The notes below the pieces were generated by a model. It saw only the letters and a list, made by a program, of their open reading frames with translations, was not told where the DNA came from and ran no database searches. From contig JBIJBE010000003.1 of the NCBI GenBank assembly GCA_044345405.1, positions 8,427 to 72,426 of the forward strand: DNA of 64,000 nucleotides, in the 5' to 3' direction. The translations under genes were made by a program, and so were the position numbers. Source of the DNA: Bdellovibrionota bacterium. GTDB lineage: Bacteria > Bdellovibrionota_C > UBA2361 > OMII01. Of the stretch, positions 54,998 through 63,612 are shown piece by piece; the stretch's first letter is position 1, and every line of letters begins with the position of its first letter.

Positions 54998-55265
54998 CGG
55001 ATTGACTCCTAAAGAACGGTCGTGAGGTTCTCTGCGGGGAGGGGATGAATGATGATTCCTCTCCGTCGCTGAGTAGCCGTTGGCTGCTCCTAAAAGTACC
55101 GCGTAGCCGACACTCTCTCGTGTCGGTTTGGGTTGCAATTGGGACGTAGTAGTCACTACCGATACCGCGTCGCGTAGCCCTATGCTACCGTGCGTTTATT
55201 AAACCCAAAACTAACAGTGCCGGTTTGAGTATGATCGGCTTGCTCTGATACCGTGTGCAAACTTC

Positions 55266-56225
55266 ATGAATTCCGGTCGGGATTCAGATTGTTGTTCGAA
55301 TGAAGTTTGCGAGATTGACATGAAGATTGGGCAGCCAGGCCGGGCACCGGCAACAGATGCTATAGGAGATATGATGACACAAGGGACAGTAGCCCTCTCA
55401 TCTCAAGGATGTAAACCTGAAGTTACGACTGATGTAGCACCCATCTTGGAGAAAAAAGCTTTTCTCTTCGATTTTGACGGGACAGTGTGGATGGGCGGCA
55501 CCATGATTCCCGGAGTCGCTGAGACGATCAAAGAGCTTCGCCAAGCGGGGAAGCAACCTATTTACCTCACCAATAATTCATCCAAATCGCGCGCCGAGTA
55601 TTTTGAGCGTCTTCAGAAGCTCGGACTCTGCGCGGACCCGAACGAGATCGTGATGTCGACGGATACCGTTACGACGTACTTGAAGCAACATGGGTTCGCG
55701 AGCGCGTACATCATGGGCACTCCAGCTATGCGAGAGATGTGCGCTGAGGCGGGAGTTGTTCATGAGGAGAATCCAGCCAAGGTCGCGGTAGCGGTCATTG
55801 GATTCGACCGCACCTCAACGGCGGAAAAACTCACAACAGTGGCTCGTCTCGTCGCGAAGGGAGTCCCGTACATCGTCGCGCATCCGGATCCATTCTGTCC
55901 GAGCGATGAGGGTCCGATCGTCGATTGTGGCGCGTACTACGCGTGCATCAAGACCACAACGGGAGTTGAGGCGAAGGCTGTTCTCGGAAAGCCAAGCGCC
56001 TCAATGATAGCGGAAGTCGAGAAGCGCTTCTCGTTCGATCGCTCTGACATGGTGGTTCTCGGCGATCGTCTTTACACGGATGTCGCGTTGGGTCGAGAGG
56101 CCGGCGTTGACTCTGTGCTTGTGTTATCAGGTGAGAACACCCTTGAGCACGCCGCTGTGAGTAATGAGAAGCCCACCTGGATTCTCAACTCAGTGGCTGA
56201 TCTTCGATTCAAGATAGCGAAGTAA
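55266..56225 (+). CDS. HAD-superfamily subfamily IIA hydrolase (NagD/CUT1-like sugar or nucleotide phosphatase). The true start may be internal.
   Basis: Motif I FLFDFDGTVW, the TNNSSKSRAEYFERL segment typical of HAD-IIA, and a C-terminal GD motif (VVLGDRLYTDV). Confidence 0.65.
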   Translation: MNSGRDSDCCSNEVCEIDMKIGQPGRAPATDAIGDMMTQGTVALSSQGCKPEVTTDVAPILEKKAFLFDFDGTVWMGGTMIPGVAETIKELRQAGKQPIYLTNNSSKSRAEYFERLQKLGLCADPNEIVMSTDTVTTYLKQHGFASAYIMGTPAMREMCAEAGVVHEENPAKVAVAVIGFDRTSTAEKLTTVARLVAKGVPYIVAHPDPFCPSDEGPIVDCGAYYACIKTTTGVEAKAVLGKPSASMIAEVEKRFSFDRSDMVVLGDRLYTDVALGREAGVDSVLVLSGENTLEHAAVSNEKPTWILNSVADLRFKIAK

Positions 56226-56265
56226 ACACAGTACGCTGCCTGATTTAGTAGTAAGGAGAAAAGGC

Positions 56266-58209
56266 ATGGACGCGCATTCAGCAGTTATACGTGAAACTCG
56301 TAAAGAGGTGGATCCTCAATCGCAAGCTTGTGGGGTTCGTCTCCCAGGCCAGGCGAATCGAGAGGCGTACCTCCGCTCCTTAGCGGCTGGAACGGTGCCC
56401 CCAATGGTGGTGATGAGCGGGTTGCCAGGGGCTGGAAAGACCACGGCCCTTCAATTCCTCCAACAGGAGGGTTCGGCCACCTACACACCGGTGACTCGGT
56501 ATATGCCGCGAGATCGTCGTCCGAGTGATACCGCGGGCGATAAGCCGTGGAGCTTCGATAAAAACGCCGCGCCGGGTGAGGACCCAACGGCTCCAGGATC
56601 GGTCATTTTCTCGAACGTAAAGTACAAGGGGTACTACGGATTTCCGGGGCGTGACATCGTGAACGCGATCGACAAGGGAGAGATCCCTGTGATGCTCGTG
56701 ACAAGCTACGTCGAAATGGTTCAGCTCTCAGAGGCGTTGCACAACCTCGTTCCGGCAGCGCCGCTCGTGAGCCTACGTCTTGAGGTTCCTCAAGAGGTTC
56801 TTCCCGGACGTATTCTGCGAAGGGTAGGAGCGGACGCGACAGAGCACCAAGAGCGAATCGAGCGCCTCGACGGCTTAGTGAAGGCCGATCGCCTTCAAAC
56901 TCCGCTCTTGAACAAGGTCCACGATACGCGAGTTATCTGGAACTTGAAGCCAAGCGAGATAGCGGAGCACGGTTATTTTGGCTCTCAAATAAAAGCTCTC
57001 ACACCGGACGCTCTCGCCGCTATGCTTGTAGAGGCTAAAGTTGACGCGGTTGCTCGAGCGCAGCGAGAGGCTCAAGACATCCTCACACCGAGGCCGTTAA
57101 CGTACGATAGCGCGGTCGTTCCAGCTTCTATCACGGATGTATTGGATAGGGTGCTTCTGCCAGCAGCCGCGGCGCGATTAGCTGATGGGGCGTTGGGGCA
57201 GGGTGAGAGTCCGCTTGTCCTTAAGGCGGGTTTGGCCGCAGCCATCTATTTGGGAGACAAGGGACGAGTGGTTTCTCCTGACATCGATTTCGTTCTTCCG
57301 GAAAATCCGAGAGCGAAGATGCAAATGGAGGTCCTGATGGAGTCCTTGTCCGATCAGCCCGTGGAATGGGTTGATGGCAAGAACAAGGCCGTCTACCACT
57401 GCGAGGGAATTAAGGGCGAGGCGAAGGCGAACGATGGTACGAACGTTGAGCTTGACGCGTTGCTCAGCACTCGGGTTCAGCCTGATCCGAAGGGATTCGT
57501 GTTCGCCTGTACGCATGACGCTCACGACCTCTTCTACCGAAGAATGGTTACGACCCCGGCCGGAAACTCGGTGGCGATGATCCCGCCAGAGCAGCTCTGT
57601 GTCGAGAAATTAATCGCTGGTCGAGGGCCGGATATTAATAAGTTTGACCTGTTTGACGCGAGCGGACTCCTCGCCACCTTTCACCTCAATCCGAACCTCG
57701 TGAAAAAGATGATCGAGTCGCAACGTTTTGACGAGGCTCTCGATGAGGACGCCGCGCGCGTAATCTCGACGGCGAAGCGACAGCTATCTGACGAGGCGCT
57801 TACGCAGCTCGGAATCACGGAGCCGGAGGTGCAAGCTGTGGTGAGATCTCTTGGGGAGTTGGTCGACGATGAGTGGGCCGAGTATCCATCCGAAACTCGC
57901 GTTTTGACGAAGTCTGCTCTGAAGCAGTTCGCGTTCTTGAGCGCCGTAGAACGCTCTCTCAAGAAAGTAGAGGCGATCATGAACGACAGGGTTTTCTCCA
58001 TCGCCGGAGAGAAGGTGTCGATCGGTGAGCGCTTTGGAGAGGATAACGTCCGAGCTGGGATCGCCCGGTTGCGAGCGCACGTACGGCTGCACAGTGAGTT
58101 TTACGCCGGGACGCGTGATACCTTCGTGAGACGGGCTCTCGGAAAACAGGAAGACGAGACCCGATTCTTCCAGCATCTCGATAGTCAGCGTCAGCGTCTC
58201 TCTCGCTAG
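56266..58209 (+). CDS. Large (647 aa) protein with an N-terminal guanylate-kinase-like P-loop domain and a central segment resembling a Pol-beta-type nucleotidyltransferase
   Basis: P-loop SGLPGAGKTT, then GK-like segments (TPVTRYMPRDRRPSD...W-F and FSNVKYKGYYGFPG). The central GLAAAIYLGDKGRVVSPDIDFVL fits the NTase pattern G-x9-13-D-x-D. The ~300-aa C-terminal helical region has no match. Confidence 0.45.
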   Translation: MDAHSAVIRETRKEVDPQSQACGVRLPGQANREAYLRSLAAGTVPPMVVMSGLPGAGKTTALQFLQQEGSATYTPVTRYMPRDRRPSDTAGDKPWSFDKNAAPGEDPTAPGSVIFSNVKYKGYYGFPGRDIVNAIDKGEIPVMLVTSYVEMVQLSEALHNLVPAAPLVSLRLEVPQEVLPGRILRRVGADATEHQERIERLDGLVKADRLQTPLLNKVHDTRVIWNLKPSEIAEHGYFGSQIKALTPDALAAMLVEAKVDAVARAQREAQDILTPRPLTYDSAVVPASITDVLDRVLLPAAAARLADGALGQGESPLVLKAGLAAAIYLGDKGRVVSPDIDFVLPENPRAKMQMEVLMESLSDQPVEWVDGKNKAVYHCEGIKGEAKANDGTNVELDALLSTRVQPDPKGFVFACTHDAHDLFYRRMVTTPAGNSVAMIPPEQLCVEKLIAGRGPDINKFDLFDASGLLATFHLNPNLVKKMIESQRFDEALDEDAARVISTAKRQLSDEALTQLGITEPEVQAVVRSLGELVDDEWAEYPSETRVLTKSALKQFAFLSAVERSLKKVEAIMNDRVFSIAGEKVSIGERFGEDNVRAGIARLRAHVRLHSEFYAGTRDTFVRRALGKQEDETRFFQHLDSQRQRLSR

Positions 58210-58308
58210 GCGAGCCTCGCTGAAGCCCATAGAGGCTTTATAGGGAGATATGGGATACTCACGTGAGTCCCGTTCTCCTTGTAAGGTGGCTGGGGCTATC
58301 GGTAAGGT

Positions 58309-59106
58309 TTAGTGAGAGAACGTCGCGGGATCTCCACCTCGTACATCAACAGATACCTTTTCTCCCTCTACAGTTACTATCGTGTAACTCTTACTCGGCG
58401 TGCCGGTATTCGACACGTCCTCTACGCATGATTGAAGGGTGAAGTACGGGATGCCGTTGTGGGTCCACATATTGTTTCGATGGAGGTGGCCGTTGAAAAC
58501 CGCGATTACCTTGCCGCTCGCCTCAAGAACTGCTCGAACCTCGGCGCGATTCTCCACGAACGCTTTGTGCGGAGTTCCCTCAAACCAAAAGCACCCGGTA
58601 AGGTCTTGATCGCTGATGGGATGGTGCATGAACACAAGGGTTTTGCGCTTTGTGCTCGCGAGGTCCGCCGCAAGCCACTCAATCTGATCAGCTTCAATGA
58701 TCATACGAGAATGGTTGAAGTGTCGGGTGTACAGAAACACACAGTGGTAGTCGCCCACATCAAAGGAGTAGTGGAGCTTCTCACGGTGTAACAGCGCGCA
58801 GAGGTCCTCATACGTTAAGTTCTCTCGGTCGTGGTTGCCGACGGTGTGATGAACGGGAGCCTTGAATTTCCCGAAGTAAAAGAGAGCTCTCTTAAAATTT
58901 TCCCGGTCAAATTCTACGCTGGGATACCTGAGATCGTCCTGACTGATGTCTCCGAGTTGCGCGATGAACTCTACGTCGTTTTGGTTATTGAGGGTCTCCA
59001 CGAGTTCGGTGATAACGCGCTCAGATTCGAAACTCATGATACGATTGTTGCCCCGATAGAATGGGGTCGGGCCGATGTGACTATCTGTGATGATCGCGAA
59101 TTTCAT
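58309..59106 (-). CDS. Calcineurin-like metallophosphoesterase
   Basis: MPP motifs (ITDSHIG, the QLGDIS GDxxD/R box, VGNHD, the GHLH segment). Confidence 0.7.
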   Translation of the reverse strand: MKFAIITDSHIGPTPFYRGNNRIMSFESERVITELVETLNNQNDVEFIAQLGDISQDDLRYPSVEFDRENFKRALFYFGKFKAPVHHTVGNHDRENLTYEDLCALLHREKLHYSFDVGDYHCVFLYTRHFNHSRMIIEADQIEWLAADLASTKRKTLVFMHHPISDQDLTGCFWFEGTPHKAFVENRAEVRAVLEASGKVIAVFNGHLHRNNMWTHNGIPYFTLQSCVEDVSNTGTPSKSYTIVTVEGEKVSVDVRGGDPATFSH

Positions 59107-59261
59107 GAATTCTCTCCTAGAGGGGTGTCGCCGGCGAGTCTAATCAATACCGTTGCCTCTCGCAATAAAGGCCGGCCGGCGTCTGAATACACGGACATGG
59201 TCTTCGACGAGCGATGAGAAGAAAGTGCTCTGGGTGCCGGCATATCGGGCACAATTTCCCG

Positions 59262-60338
59262 CTATGACACGAGCCGTTGTGGATAGCTGATTCGTTTAAG
59301 AGTTTCGAATTGTTGAATAATTTTGACCGAGTCGATGGCGGGGCCAAAGGTGTCGTAGAGAGACTGGCAGAAGGTGTCCAACTCTCGACTGTTCTCCGTC
59401 TCAAAGCGTAGTTCGAAGTCCCAGTTTCCGGTACACGAGATCGCCGCCACAACGTTCGGACAGAGGGCTATCATTTTATAGAGAAGCTTTTTTTGATCCG
59501 GACTCATTCCTCGGTCCACGAGGAGAAGACGGTAGGTTTGCACGCCGATCTTGTCGGTTCGAAGTACGTATATTTTGCCCCGAATAATTCGCTGTTCGGT
59601 GAGTTTGTCTATTCGGTATTGAATGGAGCTCGCGCTCATAGCCATGGCGCGAGCTATCCCTTGGAGAGACGTGTCAGGATTGCCGCTCAAAAATTCGAGG
59701 ATTCTCCCATCTGTATCGTCTAAGGCTCGTACGGGAGTTTTCGATGTAAGGTGAATACTCTCTCTCTTGTGAGAGGATGGCGAGAGATAGAGAGGATTAA
59801 AAACACTCCAATCGATCGCAATTCGAACCGTTTTCTCGAAATGGGCGCCGGCCTCCGCCGGTCTCAGGAGTGTAAATAACTCATCGACTTCATGTATCTG
59901 TTGAGCCCACAACCACAGCATATACCGGTAGCCGCCACCCATTCGGTTTAATCCCATGACGCGGGAATGGGTCATAACCGTTTTTTCTAAACGCTTTTGG
60001 CCAGCGGAGCTCTCGGCTCCTCGATTAAAAAAAGTGGTAACGTCGAGGTATCCGAGAGCGAAGTGATCGATATGATAGATGGGAGTGATTATGCCACGAC
60101 GAAGAAGCGAGTCTCTCGCGTGTCGGGTGGCGTGCTGACTCAGACCGGATCTTCGAGCCAGCTCCTTCACAGAGTCGTCCGCGTTCAATACATTCGCGGC
60201 AAGGAAAATCCTTTCTTTGTCCGATAATCTGCTATGACTCTGCATCCGGTAGGATATAGCAGGAAGTGAGGGTGTGAGGCGAGTGGAATCATACTCCGCA
60301 CGGTCTGATGGGAATGTTCCGAAATCATGTAATGTCAC
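59262..60338 (-). CDS. Tandem Lrp/AsnC-like (HTH_AsnC plus RAM-like) two-module protein. It may be a siroheme-decarboxylase (AhbAB/NirDL)-like enzyme or a regulator.
   Basis: Two successive wHTH+RAM-like modules (DKERIFLAANVLNADDSVKELARRSGLS..., DGRILEFLSGNPDTSLQGIARAMAMS...). Confidence 0.45.
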   Translation of the reverse strand: MTLHDFGTFPSDRAEYDSTRLTPSLPAISYRMQSHSRLSDKERIFLAANVLNADDSVKELARRSGLSQHATRHARDSLLRRGIITPIYHIDHFALGYLDVTTFFNRGAESSAGQKRLEKTVMTHSRVMGLNRMGGGYRYMLWLWAQQIHEVDELFTLLRPAEAGAHFEKTVRIAIDWSVFNPLYLSPSSHKRESIHLTSKTPVRALDDTDGRILEFLSGNPDTSLQGIARAMAMSASSIQYRIDKLTEQRIIRGKIYVLRTDKIGVQTYRLLLVDRGMSPDQKKLLYKMIALCPNVVAAISCTGNWDFELRFETENSRELDTFCQSLYDTFGPAIDSVKIIQQFETLKRISYPQRLVS

Positions 60339-60586
60339 CTGTGCGTTACGTGTAGAGCGAGGGGGCGCGCGGTGTCTGAGATAAAGCGGGCGTCCACGGC
60401 GGTCTGGTATCGCGGTATCTCCTTCGAGTGGAAGACGGGCGATAACGGGCGATGCTCTAACTAAATTCTAGTCATTCCTGGCCAACTAAGTGTTTGCGCG
60501 TCTCGTGGGGTGTCGTATTTTCTTGCCCACGCTGTCCTTCGGACGCTGATGAATCGATGTTCACAGGTAGAATACAAGAGGAGTCC

Positions 60587-61789
60587 ATGGATAGAGTAGA
60601 TCGTACGCAGTCGTGTCGGTACGGTGAGATTGTTGATCTGGAGCGTGCTACCCTACCGGGAGCGTTTCGCCCGGCGATAAAGGGGCTCTCCGTTTCTGTC
60701 GAGCAGTTGCCCCACTATGTTGAGGAATCGCTAGCAATTGTAGGCTCGCGCTCAAGGAAAGACATCGAGATATTCCGAAATCTTCTGACAATCAAAGTGC
60801 CTGTGGAGTCCCTTCTTCAAGAGGTCGCCGCTAGCTCTGATGTTTCTATTTCAGAAATACCCGCCGCGTTGTGTCGGATCTGCAACGCGTGGGTTGAGGT
60901 CGCGCCCCAGCATGATGTCGCCGCCCGAATGCCCATCTCTTACGTGGTGGGAAGGCTCGTTGACCTTTGGGTGTCTCATCGTGACGCGAATCTGTCAGAT
61001 GACGAGCGTCGCACCATTCCGTCAAATGAGGCAACACGGGAGGGCTTTGTGAAGAACGACCTTACCGCTAAAGCTCTCTTTGACGCGATAAGTCGGTTAA
61101 GCGCTCCAGCTATGCTTGCCGCTGGCTCCATCGCGCAGCGAAGAGTAGAGCGAATCGGACGGGTAACGATGATAGGTCAGGACCCGTTTAAGGTTTTCTT
61201 CGATACACTTTTTGTCTTTGATCCAGAAAAGGCGAACGTCAACAAGTCGACATCAGAACAGTTTATTCCCTATCTGTGGTCTCGTCTCGAGGCCCGTTGG
61301 TTGGGGTCCGATCGAAAGAGGTGTGAGGATAAGGCTGTTCGATCCGTCAGGGGACGTGAAGGAGAGCTTACCGACATGGCCTCGATGCTGGAGGACAAAG
61401 GGGCACGCGACTTTACGGCATCCGTAGATCGTCGGGATGAGTTCGAGTGGACACGCGCCGCGCTTGAAAACGCGTTGGTAGATGGCGCTTTACGCCGCGG
61501 TGATTATGAAGCTATCCTTCAGTATTTTGGTCTAGGCGGTGCCCAAACAGGGCATGGAGCGCTGAAAAGTTCCGCTCTCTCCATAAAGACGAAGGCTCAA
61601 CGGGGAATCGATCATTTTAAGCGCTACCTCAAGGCCCAAGAGGCCGAGCGTGATGATATCGAATGCCTGTCTTCACAACCGGGTGATTGTGAGACCTTTG
61701 CTCGTTATCCAAAACTCTCTGGAGCTGGTTCTCATCCTAGGCTCATGAGGCGAGCGGAGCAGCGGGCGCAACGTCCAACTGTTTGGTAG
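60587..61789 (+). CDS. Hypothetical protein (about 400 aa from the ATG at 60587 with an AGAGGAG RBS; the six-frame ORF is open from 60494). A 5'-truncated paralogue begins at 63613.
   Basis: A long ORF. Nucleotides ~60961-61350 are ~85-90% identical to 63613-64000. Confidence 0.45.
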   Translation: MDRVDRTQSCRYGEIVDLERATLPGAFRPAIKGLSVSVEQLPHYVEESLAIVGSRSRKDIEIFRNLLTIKVPVESLLQEVAASSDVSISEIPAALCRICNAWVEVAPQHDVAARMPISYVVGRLVDLWVSHRDANLSDDERRTIPSNEATREGFVKNDLTAKALFDAISRLSAPAMLAAGSIAQRRVERIGRVTMIGQDPFKVFFDTLFVFDPEKANVNKSTSEQFIPYLWSRLEARWLGSDRKRCEDKAVRSVRGREGELTDMASMLEDKGARDFTASVDRRDEFEWTRAALENALVDGALRRGDYEAILQYFGLGGAQTGHGALKSSALSIKTKAQRGIDHFKRYLKAQEAERDDIECLSSQPGDCETFARYPKLSGAGSHPRLMRRAEQRAQRPTVW

Positions 61790-61972
61790 TAGTGAGAGTT
61801 AAGCCGGGCAACCCAAGCACCTGGATGTCACGTGAAGTGGAGCAACGGCTTTACCGTACAACACAAAGCCTCACCGTTGTCTTTGAGTTTTCAGTGTCCT
61901 TTGTGGTCCCGTCACTTGTATTCATGGGCCATCTAAGTCCACATGGACACCAGAAGCGGCTTATGCGGACTA

Positions 61973-62230
61973 TCAGTCCCGCTCAAAAAGCATCTGCTGT
62001 CGCTTCGGCTTGATCTGCACCGGCATTCCCGCGGGATAATTTCCAGAGAAGCAAGCGTCGCAATATTTACCATGGGTTGACTCAACGGCGCGGTAGAGCC
62101 CCTCGGTTGAGAGGTAGGCGAGGGAGTCAACACCTATGTACTCCGCGATCTCCTCAATGGTGTGCTTGGAGGCGATAAGCTCGTGCTTATCGGGGGTATC
62201 GATACCGTAGTAGCACGGGTTCTTCGTCAC
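61973..62230 (-). pseudogene. purF: 3' remnant of amidophosphoribosyltransferase (purF), C-terminal ~85 aa only. It is truncated where the REP array begins.
   Basis: PurF C-terminal signature GIDTPDKHELIASKHTIEEIAEYIGVDSLAYLS...CDACFSGNYP (the 4Fe-4S Cys ligands). No upstream PurF sequence exists, since the fragment runs straight into the tandem repeats at 62223. Confidence 0.6.
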
Positions 62231-62387
62231 TGGTGCCAGGCTCTTTTTAAGCGTTTCGTCACTGGTTCGTCACTGGTGCCAGGCTCTTTCTGGTTCGTCA
62301 CTGGTGCCAGGCTCTTTTTAAGCTGCTCGTCACTGGTGCCAGGCTCTTTTTAAGCGTTTTCGTCACTGGTGCCAGGCTCTTTTTAAG
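62223..62387. repeat. Tandem array of five full copies plus one partial copy of a 29-32-bp REP-like unit (TCGTCACTGGTGCCAGGCTCTTTTTAAGC)
   Basis: Directly visible direct repeats. An inverted single copy (GAGCCTGGCACCAGTGAC) lies at 63591-63608 on the far side of the transposase gene. Confidence 0.9.
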
Positions 62388-62420
62388 CAACTCTCTGCCC
62401 CGTTCCCCGATTACACCTGC

Positions 62421-63395
62421 ATGCGTAATCCAAGATTTCTCGTTCCCGGAAAGATACACTTCATCACCTTTCGAACTGAGGAGGGGCTTCCGTTTGTCCC
62501 TCTGCGATTCATGAATATTCTTATTCGGTCCGCCCTCGCCAGAGCCCAAAAGCTCTACCCTGTTAAAATCATCTGCTTTGTTGTTCAGGCTAACCACGTA
62601 CACCTTCTCGTACGGGTGACAAACCCTCAGGATGTTTCGAGCTTTATCGGGTACTTCAAAGCGGAGAGTGCTCACTACCTCAACCGTCTCCTCAACCGAC
62701 GACAACGAACTGTTTGGGCTCCACGTTTCGACAGTCCTGCCGTGTTGGACATAGACAAAGCTCTTGAACTATTCGCCTACTGCTCCCTAAATCCCGTAAA
62801 AGACGGACTAGTTGCGTCAATGCGGGAGTATCCTGGGCTTAGCTCATACCCGTATCTCCTGAGAGGAGAACAGGTAATCCCTGCGAAATCGATCCCAAGA
62901 GATAAAGTTCGCCCATTAGCGGATCCAACTAATCCCCAACGAGAGAACAAGAGCCTGTCTGAATATTTCAGCTCCGATGATTTCCAAGACCTTTCTATTA
63001 CACTCGCCCCGGAAGAGCTTCGACTAGCATTTCCATCAACCAAGGCCTCTACCGCGGAGGAGTTTCATAAAACGCTTCTACAAACCATCTCCAAGTACGA
63101 GCAGATTTATCTCGCTGACCAGGCTGGAGCAGCGCCACTCGGAGTCCCCAAGCTTCTCGCGATCTCCCTCCTTGCTCAACGGAATCCTCCCATCAAAGGT
63201 AGGAAAATGATCTGTCTCTCTTGTTGCAACGACCTTCGCCAGGCGTTCATATCATCATTCAGGCACATAAAAGCGCTGTGCCGGGAAGCCTTCATGAAGT
63301 GGAGCGCCGGACTCATGGTGCCTTATCCGCCCGGGATGTTCGCTCCCCATCCCCCTAGGATCGCGAATTTCATTCCTCAGACTAACTTCTCATAA
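62421..63395 (+). CDS. REP-associated tyrosine transposase (RAYT; IS200/IS605-like Y1 HUH transposase), 324 aa
   Basis: HUH motif NHVHLLV, the catalytic-Tyr region and the RAYT-specific Y-x-x-x-NPVKDGLV motif (FAYCSLNPVKDGLV). The gene is flanked by REP copies in inverted orientation. Confidence 0.7.
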   Translation: MRNPRFLVPGKIHFITFRTEEGLPFVPLRFMNILIRSALARAQKLYPVKIICFVVQANHVHLLVRVTNPQDVSSFIGYFKAESAHYLNRLLNRRQRTVWAPRFDSPAVLDIDKALELFAYCSLNPVKDGLVASMREYPGLSSYPYLLRGEQVIPAKSIPRDKVRPLADPTNPQRENKSLSEYFSSDDFQDLSITLAPEELRLAFPSTKASTAEEFHKTLLQTISKYEQIYLADQAGAAPLGVPKLLAISLLAQRNPPIKGRKMICLSCCNDLRQAFISSFRHIKALCREAFMKWSAGLMVPYPPGMFAPHPPRIANFIPQTNFS

Positions 63396-63612
63396 GACTC
63401 TGACTTCACAGTTAACAGCGCACGCGACCCCGTTGTTCCGCTAACTCATAGTGAACAAGAGATCACGTGGCTCCTTCTGGCCAAGAGCCAAAGTTATAGA
63501 CAAAGAATGCGTGGACCGCAGCTCTAGAGCTGCAGCCTTATGGGGGCAAAAAACAAGCGCCTGACCGCATGGTAAAGCAAGGAAAGCAAGGAGCCTGGCA
63601 CCAGTGACAACG

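Larger units (their letters stand above)
62223..63612 (+). mobile_element. RAYT-REP unit: REP array, RAYT gene, a subterminal palindrome (GCAGCTCTAGAGCTGC at 63519-63534) and an inverted REP copy
   Basis: This matches the canonical organisation of RAYT genes flanked by inverted REPs. Its boundaries coincide with the purF truncation on the left and the 5'-truncated paralogue on the right. Confidence 0.6.

Noticed and set aside
54686-55156. 156-aa minus-strand ORF bridging the glpD 3' end and the following intergenic region
   Set aside because: It overlaps the well-supported glpD gene on the opposite strand and has no motifs. It is likely spurious.
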